A DNA stretch of 13,499 bases from an uncultured Verrucomicrobiota bacterium (lineage in GTDB: Bacteria; Verrucomicrobiota; Kiritimatiellia; CAYTQP01), in assembly GCA_964440175.1 (NCBI GenBank), contig CAYTQP010000068.1, positions 1 through 13,499 on the forward strand, read 5' to 3'. The notes beneath the pieces were generated by a model, which was given only the letters and a program-made list of their open reading frames with translations, did no database searches and was not told the origin of the DNA. The translations under genes and the position numbers were made by a program. Shown here in pieces: positions 1 through 10,879 of the stretch (position 1 is the first letter of the stretch; each line of letters starts with the position of its first letter).

Positions 1-114
1 ACCCCTGAAAGGCAAACCAACAGTAGTTGACGAAAAAAACGAATTTCTGCGCCGTACGGGGAAATTGCGGCAGTCGGGAAAATGCCCGTCCACCAAATCT
101 GCAATAACACGCCA

Positions 115-130
115 GGAAACGAACGTTTCC
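115..130. other. Short perfect hairpin GGAAAC-gaac-GTTTCC located ~70 nt beyond the 3' end of the transposase-like gene; possible right-end subterminal hairpin of an IS200/IS605-like unit or weak terminator
   Basis: Seen directly: 6-bp stem / 4-nt loop, followed on + strand by ACCTATTTTC (short T run). Confidence 0.25.
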
Positions 131-199
131 ACCTATTTTCAAATGCAGGGGTCCGCATGATTGACATTTGACTGTATTTCGGGAGGGGCGGAGGCGAAA

Positions 200-1186
200 C
201 TAACCGGGTGAAGGGGGAACTATCGGCTCTTTCTTTGGGTCACGCATGGCGCAAAGCCCAAGTTTCTCCCCGCACATTAACGTGCGTGCCCTGGACTCAC
301 GCTTTAATCCGAAGCACTCGCCGATTAAGAGTGATGCCACAAACTCCCTGCCGCCAAGAGCGATGCCATTGCTGAAATACCTGACGCGACAACGTAAAAG
401 CTGATCAAGCGAAAGTTCGCCTTTCTCCTCAATAACACGGGCGACATCTTCTGACGATATTCCCTTCGCCTCTCCTGCGCAATAGAGACGCTGACGGTAT
501 ATCGCGGCGGCTTCACGCCAGCTTCCGATTTCACCAAATGCCTGAGCAAGCGTTAGTAATCCCTTCCTAGCTCTACTCCCACCCGATACCGCCTCAGCAT
601 AGCCGCAGTAGCGGTAGTCTTTCGGGTCTTCGACAAGCCCAGCACGCACAGGGTTGAGGTCAATGTAGGCAGCCATGGTTGTCAGGGCGTTTTCAGAATT
701 CTCGACCAGCACACTATTAAAGCGCCCCTGCCAAAGTGTGCCGGTCAGCCCCTCAACTCTGTTGTGCCACTGTGTGAAGCGCTGTTTGAGAGTCTTCATA
801 AACTTCGACAGATCGTGCATCCTGCAGATGTAGCGCTCTTTCTCCATCTCCGCAAGGTCATCCCTTCCTTGCTTCCGCCATTTCGTTATATCCGCCTCAA
901 GCTCCATTATTGTAAGTTTGTCGTAGAGAAACTCCATTCTGCGATACAGCTCCTCGTCACTCACGCTCTCCTCTCGTTCAGGTATCTTCACAAGCACGTG
1001 GAAATGGTTGTCCATCAGCGCATATGTCAACACCGACACATCGCAGAAACCTTCAACCGCACGCATAAGCGTGAGAAACTTCGCCTTCTGCGCATTTCCT
1101 AGGCGGAACTCCTTATAATGCACCCTCGACACGCAGTGGAAACAAGATTCTCTGTTTTCCGGACCCTTAAATCTGGCTCTTCGCAT
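200..1186 (-). CDS. Y1 (HUH) tyrosine transposase-like protein, IS200/IS605 TnpA / REP-associated (RAYT, COG1943-like) family; 328 aa with a long helical insertion between the HUH and Tyr motifs and a C-terminal extension
   Basis: ATG at 1186 preceded by GAGAGGCGGTGAAAA (RBS-like), stop TAG at 200. HUH motif 'LMDNHFHVLV' (His-hydrophobic-His). Tyr motif 'AAYIDLNPVRAGLV' typical of transposase IS200-like (PF01797) proteins, plus the WQGRF motif. The long uninterrupted ORF supports a real gene. Confidence 0.7.
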   Translation of the reverse strand: MRRARFKGPENRESCFHCVSRVHYKEFRLGNAQKAKFLTLMRAVEGFCDVSVLTYALMDNHFHVLVKIPEREESVSDEELYRRMEFLYDKLTIMELEADITKWRKQGRDDLAEMEKERYICRMHDLSKFMKTLKQRFTQWHNRVEGLTGTLWQGRFNSVLVENSENALTTMAAYIDLNPVRAGLVEDPKDYRYCGYAEAVSGGSRARKGLLTLAQAFGEIGSWREAAAIYRQRLYCAGEAKGISSEDVARVIEEKGELSLDQLLRCRVRYFSNGIALGGREFVASLLIGECFGLKRESRARTLMCGEKLGLCAMRDPKKEPIVPPSPG

Positions 1187-1281
1187 TTTTCACCGCCTCT
1201 CTATTTTTTCAAATCACCGATAATTCGCAACGATTGAAGGATTTGATCATATCGCCAACCGAATGTCAATATTTAAGAGCG

Positions 1282-1302
1282 TTTAAGGGTGTGTCCCTTA
1301 AA
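1282..1302. promoter_or_regulatory. Perfect inverted repeat TTTAAGGG-tgtgt-CCCTTAAA in the divergent intergenic region. Candidate operator overlapping the -35 of the SPFH-operon promoter, or a left-end hairpin of an IS200/IS605-like element
   Basis: Seen directly: 8-bp arms, 5-nt loop. Lies 96 nt upstream of the transposase start (minus strand) and ~80 nt upstream of the SPFH gene start. Confidence 0.3.
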
Positions 1303-1326
1303 AAGGCAACTTGACTCATATATAAT
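1298..1326 (+). promoter_or_regulatory. Candidate sigma70-type promoter for the 1382..7574 gene string: -35 TTAAAA (1298-1303), 17-bp spacer, perfect -10 TATAAT (1321-1326)
   Basis: Consensus -10 hexamer with correct spacing in an AT-rich region. Alternative -35 TTGACT at 1311-1316 is too close to the TATAAT. RBS AAGGGG 7 nt before ATG 1382. Confidence 0.35.
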
Positions 1327-1381
1327 TTTTCGTTACTCTCGCTGGAATTAAAATGATTCACGTAAAAATAAGGGGAATTGA

Positions 1382-2496
1382 ATGGGATTGCTTAACAGTC
1401 TGCGTGCCGAGTTTATCGACATTATTGAATGGCGAGATCAAACCAGCGATGTGCTGGTGTATCGTTTTGAGCGTCACGATCATGAGATCAAGGTGGGGGC
1501 TCAACTCATTGTTCGACCCGGTCAGCGGGCGGTGTTTGTCAATGAAGGCAAAATTGCGGATATATTTAACAAGGGAACATATCGGCTCGAAACAAACAAT
1601 CTCCCCGTTCTGGCGACATTGAAAGGCTGGAAATACGGGTTTGATTCGCCATTTAAAGCCGAGGTTTATTTCATCAACGCAACCGAACTTCTCGACCGCA
1701 AGTGGGGCACAACTTCGCCAGTTATGATACGCGATGCCGATTTCGGGGCTGTGCGCCTGCGGGCACGCGGGAATTTCGCGTATAAAATCGCTGACACCAA
1801 CGAGATAATCTCTAGGTTTGTCGGCTCACGCGGGACGTTCTATACCAATGATATGGAGGGGCAACTGCGCACACGCATAATATCCTCGTTCTCAGACACG
1901 CTGGGGGAACTGAAGATTCCAGCACTCGACCTACTCACACAATACGATGAGATCAGCGCACTAATGACTGAAAAACTCAACGAGGTCTTCGATGAACTTG
2001 GACTTGAACTACTCTCGTTCACACTCGAAAATGTGGACGTGCCCGAAATGGTGCAGAAGGCCATTGACGAGCGTGCGTCAATGGGTGCGGTCGGGAATTT
2101 GAATAATTACACGAAGTTTCAAGCCGCAAACGCTATGCGTGATGCCGCCGACAACGAATCCGGCATGGCGGGAGGTATGATGGGCATGATGGTGGGAGGT
2201 CAGCTTGGCGGCGTGATGAACGTGGCATCACAGCAGAATACGTCGCCCACCCCGATAGCCACCGTCAGTTGTCCGAAATGCGGACAGGCAGTCTCGGAGA
2301 ATTCGAAATTCTGCGGCGGTTGTGGCGCAGATATGACCCCGAAGGTCAATACTTGCCCAAAATGCTCCAAACCCGTCTCGCCCTCAGCCAAATTTTGCGG
2401 CGAATGCGGGACGGCACTGAGCGCAACCTGCAAAAAATGCGGAGAAGAATTGAAACCAACAGCGAAATTCTGTCCGTCATGCGGAACTGAACAATA

Positions 2497-2497
<1 letters not shown>
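1382..2497 (+). CDS. SPFH/Band-7 family protein (Band_7_1, YdjI-like 'virion core protein-like' subgroup) with three tandem C-terminal zinc-ribbon motifs
   Basis: RBS AAGGGG upstream of ATG. N-terminal region (…EWRDQTSDVLVYRF…LIVRPGQRAVFVNEGK…LATLKGWKYGFDSPFKAEVYFINATEL…KWGT) matches the pattern I recall for Bacillus YdjI-type SPFH proteins. Met/Gly-rich linker (GMAGGMMGMMVGGQLGG). Then 3x C-P-K-C-x(9-10)-K-F-C-x-x-C-G zinc ribbons (residues 297-367). Confidence 0.85.
2270..2488 (+). repeat. Three tandem ~23-codon zinc-ribbon repeats (CPKCGQAVSENSKFCGGCG / CPKCSKPVSPSAKFCGECG / CKKCGEELKPTAKFCPSCG) at the 3' end of the SPFH gene
   Basis: Protein-level tandem repeat is clear. DNA-level conservation is partial (aaattctgcgg / aaattttgcgg / aaattctgtcc). 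Confidence 0.8.
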
Positions 2498-7574
<5,077 letters not shown>

Positions 7575-7704
7575 GTGGTCGCCATAGCGTCAAACAACTG
7601 CAAAAAATGCGCGGAAACCGGATTTTGAAGAGTTCCAAGATTCGGACAAACATCTTTCCGCGTACGGGCAGATTGAAGTGGACGCAAAACGGGAAAATCG
7701 CGTA

Positions 7705-7779
7705 TGGAGCGGGAGACCGGACTCGAACCGGCGACGTTCAGCTTGGGAAGCTGACATTCTACCACTGAATTACTCCCGC
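7705..7779 (-). tRNA. tRNA-Gly (anticodon CCC), 75 nt including encoded CCA
   Basis: Reverse complement reads GCGGGAG-TA-ATTCAGTGGTAGAAT-G-TCAGC-TTCCCAA-GCTGA-ACGTC-GCCGG-TTCGAGT-CCGGT-CTCCCGC-T-CCA. It has a 7-bp acceptor stem, GTGGTAGA D-loop, anticodon loop TT-CCC-AA, T-arm GCCGG/TTCGAGT/CCGGT, discriminator U and CCA. Confidence 0.85.
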
Positions 7780-7802
7780 GCAATAGCAACACAACGCCAC
7801 GG

Positions 7803-7831
7803 AGTTTAGTTAAGCGACACCGTCTTGTCCA
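7803..7831 (-). promoter_or_regulatory. Candidate promoter for tRNA-Gly: -35 TGGACA (7826-7831), 17-bp spacer, -10 TAAACT (7803-7808), ~23 nt upstream of the tRNA 5' end
   Basis: Hexamer matches and spacing read from the minus strand. Speculative. Confidence 0.2.
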
Positions 7832-8183
7832 GCGATATTGCACGTAAAAATGGATAAGAAGAGAGACTGCGTACCGATTGCTAAACACTGCGGTTGCATA
7901 TCTCTTCTCACACCAACGCCTGATGGGGGGCATCTCTTCGTCCAACCTGAAATACACATCTCTGCCCCAAGCTTCTTGTTTGTGGTCGTAAACCATTGGA
8001 AATTAAGGGCAGAGCCTTACGTGGGACTACAGAAACGACCCCCTTTTCACCTCTGTTCGCACGGGACGTGACGCTCAGCGGAAAGCGGATGGTTATAATA
8101 CAATGTGTGCTCAACAAGTGGCGAATCGTCTACCCGTTTAGAATGCCGCAACCCGCACCTTTGTGAAGTATGCCGTCTATTTT

Positions 8184-9074
8184 TTACGAGCGATCTGTTA
8201 TTGCACGTTTGGTCGCCTCAACCGTGTTGTGTAGCAGCATTGTGATTGTCATCGGACCTACGCCTCCAGGCACGGGCGTGATGGCCGCAACCTTTCCCTT
8301 AAGCGCATCGAACTCCACATCGCCGACCAGTCGATATCCGCGTTCACGCGTGGAATCCGGTACTCGGTTCACGCCCACATCAATCACCACGGCACCCGCA
8401 CGCACCATATCTACTGTAATGGTATTAGGTCGTCCGGCAGCAGCAATCACGATATCGGCATCACGTGTAAACCCGGCGACATTTCGGGTGCGCGTGTGGC
8501 AAAGCGTGACGGTGGCATTCCCCATTTCGCTCTTCATGCTGAGCAGATTGGCGAGCGGTCTGCCAACAATATTGCTTCTGCCGACAATAACCACATTGGC
8601 ACCCTCAGTCTTTATCCCCGATCGTTTCAGTATATGCAGTATCCCATGCGGAGTGCATGGTAAAAACGCCGGTCTCCCCAGCAGTGCCCGTCCAATATTA
8701 ACTGGATGGAATCCGTCCACATCCTTTTCGGGGAGAATGGTCTCAATCACTTTTTTCTCAATCGAATTATCAGGGAGCGGAAGCTGAACCAGAATCCCGT
8801 GAATCTGCGGGTTTTTATTAAAGGCCTCAACCACAGAGAGGATCTCTTTCATGGATGCGTCCTGTGGCAGTTTCACCTCCTCGGAATGAAGTCCCACGCG
8901 CTCGCAGGCACGCTCTTTCGCGGTCACATACGAGCGCGATGCCGGATCGTCTCCGACCAGCAACACACCCAATCCCGGAACTACGCCTTCACTTTTAAGT
9001 TTAGCTGTCTCTTCAGCAAGCTCTTTCTGTATCTCTCCGGCAATCGCCTTGCCGTCCAATATTTTCGCCGTCAT
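8184..9074 (-). CDS. folD: Bifunctional methylenetetrahydrofolate dehydrogenase / methenyl-THF cyclohydrolase FolD
   Basis: Protein MTAKILDGKAIAGEIQ…GVVPGLGVLLVGDDPASRSYV…GILVQLPLP…PCTPHGILHIL…VVIVGRSNIVGRPLANLL…TPVPGGVGPMTITMLL is a textbook FolD. ATG at 9074 has a GAGGA RBS 5 nt upstream. The six-frame track's start at 9086 is a GTG 4 codons upstream, with no RBS. Confidence 0.9.
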   Translation of the reverse strand: MTAKILDGKAIAGEIQKELAEETAKLKSEGVVPGLGVLLVGDDPASRSYVTAKERACERVGLHSEEVKLPQDASMKEILSVVEAFNKNPQIHGILVQLPLPDNSIEKKVIETILPEKDVDGFHPVNIGRALLGRPAFLPCTPHGILHILKRSGIKTEGANVVIVGRSNIVGRPLANLLSMKSEMGNATVTLCHTRTRNVAGFTRDADIVIAAAGRPNTITVDMVRAGAVVIDVGVNRVPDSTRERGYRLVGDVEFDALKGKVAAITPVPGGVGPMTITMLLHNTVEATKRAITDRS

Positions 9075-9233
9075 TAAAATCCTCACTTCCAGCAGTTAAA
9101 TTCAGTTCCGCGTCAGAGTAGACAAATGAACGCTCAATATCGAGAACCATATCCCTCTTTTTACGAGTGTATGCCACGGTATATCTGCAGACGGTCGCCG
9201 ACGGGCGATCACCCTGCGTCAAGCGCGTCGCTC

Positions 9234-10709
9234 TCACTCTTTCGAGGCAACCCAACGGGTGAGCAGGCGTGCGCCGAAGAGCGTGGCACCAGGTGCCTGA
9301 TATGGTTTTTTCGTCTCCAGCCAAGCAGTTCCGGCAATGTCGATATGCGCCCAGGGAATCTCTTCGGGCACAAACGCACGCAGAAAAGCAGCGGCCGTGG
9401 CCGTGCCAGCCGCGTTGGATTTGCCGCAGTTGGATATATCAGCAAAGTCGCTCTTCATTTCATCGCTGTAATCTTTCCAGAGCGGAAGTCTCCACAGTCT
9501 TTCACCCGTGGCGGAGGCCGCGTCAATCAGGTCGTTCACGATCCCGTCATCATTGCCAAGCACAGCCGCCGCCGATTTTCCAAGCGCACCGATAACCGCC
9601 CCGGTGAGAGTGGCTACATCAACGATGGCCGCCGGCATCATTTCCGCTGCCAGCGAAAGCGCATCCGCCAGCACAAGCCGCCCTTCGGCATCCGTGCTGA
9701 ATATCTCGATTGTCTTTTTATTGTACGCCCTGATAATATCACCGGGACGCATAGCGTTTGAACCCGGCATATTTTCAGCCACAGCGAGAATTCCGACCAC
9801 TGGTATTTTCAAATTCATTCGCGCAATCATCCTCATGGCGGCAAGAACGGCCATGCCCCCGCACTTATCGTAACGCATCCACCCCATCTTCGCGCTTGGT
9901 TTCAGTGATATTCCGCCTGAGTCGAAGGTGACAGTCTTGCCGACGAGTACAATCGGCTTGATCTTTTTATCCGCACCGGGATGCTTGAGGATAATCATTT
10001 TGGGTTCCTGCGCACTGCCCCGGGCAACGCCAAGGATTCCTCCGCAACCGCGCTTTTCGAGTGCCGCCTTGCCGAGCACCCTGCATGACAGATTGTTTTC
10101 GCGAGCCATCTTCTGCGCCCACACCGCAATTTTCGCGGGTGTTGCCTCATTTCCGGGCGAGTTGGCGAGCTTAGCGACACTCAGCAACGACAAACCCTGG
10201 GCAATAACGGTCTTAATATCTACGCGAACCGAAGAGACGCTTCCGCATTCCCCCGCGAAAGCAAGGCTTAACGCCGGGCATCTCTTCGTGGAGGTCTTAA
10301 ACTGGTTATTCTCATAGGTTCCCCAGCAAATGCCACGACCGACAATCTGACGATAATCGGATTCGGGCACACCTTTGACGGTAGCGGACACCGCGAAAGT
10401 TTTGCAACCAGCGGCGCGACCCGCACGCGCAGCGGCGGAGGCAGCTTGCTCCAGTATACCTCGGTGGAAATCTTTCAGCGTACCCACACCCGCCAATATA
10501 ATGTTGTCGGCGGGCAATTTGCCGAATGTCGGGAAAACCGCGACCTGTCCCGGCTCTCCCTTGAAAGCGGTGGTCTTACTGTACTCCACAATCAGCTTTT
10601 TGAGAGGGCGGACGGATGTGTCCAGCAAGATTTCATCTGCCTGAGCAAAAACAATGAGCGCGTCCTTTTTTTGCCGATCAAGAGTGGCTTTTGAATATGT
10701 TATTTCCAT
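9234..10709 (-). CDS. pepA: Leucyl (cytosol) aminopeptidase, peptidase family M17 (PepA)
   Basis: M17 signatures 'VGKTVTFDSGGISLKP' and 'STDAEGRLVLADAL' (NTDAEGRL-type). N-terminal domain with 'IVFAQ'. ATG at 10709 (MEITYSK…) is preferred over the GTG at 10745 used by the ORF track. Either start is possible. Confidence 0.88.
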   Translation of the reverse strand: MEITYSKATLDRQKKDALIVFAQADEILLDTSVRPLKKLIVEYSKTTAFKGEPGQVAVFPTFGKLPADNIILAGVGTLKDFHRGILEQAASAAARAGRAAGCKTFAVSATVKGVPESDYRQIVGRGICWGTYENNQFKTSTKRCPALSLAFAGECGSVSSVRVDIKTVIAQGLSLLSVAKLANSPGNEATPAKIAVWAQKMARENNLSCRVLGKAALEKRGCGGILGVARGSAQEPKMIILKHPGADKKIKPIVLVGKTVTFDSGGISLKPSAKMGWMRYDKCGGMAVLAAMRMIARMNLKIPVVGILAVAENMPGSNAMRPGDIIRAYNKKTIEIFSTDAEGRLVLADALSLAAEMMPAAIVDVATLTGAVIGALGKSAAAVLGNDDGIVNDLIDAASATGERLWRLPLWKDYSDEMKSDFADISNCGKSNAAGTATAAAFLRAFVPEEIPWAHIDIAGTAWLETKKPYQAPGATLFGARLLTRWVASKE

Positions 10710-10792
10710 AATTATCTCAATTTTTACAGTTTCACAAATACGCACAAACCCAACATCCAGGATTTGGATTCAGATGAACCACCCTCTATCAC

Positions 10793-10818
10793 AAAATTCC
10801 TGTGTTTGGAATTTTTTT
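10793..10818. terminator. AT-rich hairpin AAAATTCC-tgtgttt-GGAATTTT followed by TTT on the + strand. Possible weak or bidirectional terminator between the beta-helix gene and pepA
   Basis: Seen directly. The canonical stem-plus-U-tract form holds only on the + strand, where no upstream + gene is evident, so the role is uncertain. Confidence 0.2.
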
Positions 10819-10879
10819 CCGCCAGTTTGTCAGTGACTCTGAACGGGACGGGGTTCTGTTGCCACGAATTCCGCACAAT

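Noticed and set aside
764-1102. 112-aa plus-strand ORF inside the transposase-like gene
   Set aside because: It lies antisense to a well-supported CDS with catalytic motifs and has no recognisable features.
1311-1326. TTGACT (1311-1316) as the -35 element for the TATAAT at 1321-1326
   Set aside because: The spacer is only 4 nt. TTGACT could only pair with a weak -10 (TACTCT, 1334-1339), so the TTAAAA / 17 bp / TATAAT combination was preferred.
2293-2312. Near-palindrome GAGAATTCGAAATTCTG
   Set aside because: It lies inside the first zinc-ribbon codons (ENSKFC). It is most simply a coding coincidence, not a regulatory site.
7783-8183. Possible structured ncRNA (tmRNA / RNase P / SRP / 6S) in the long folD-tRNA spacer
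   Set aside because: I found no tmRNA-like GGGG…/T-arm-CCA ends, no RNase P GGAAAGTCCGGGC box, and no SRP GGAAGCAGC motif. Only generic hairpins were present.
8170-10317. Plus-strand ORFs antisense to folD and pepA (8170..8787, 8706..9077, 9126..9761, 9508..9873, 9928..10317)
   Set aside because: They have Pro/Ser/Thr/Arg-rich low-complexity translations opposite highly conserved housekeeping genes.
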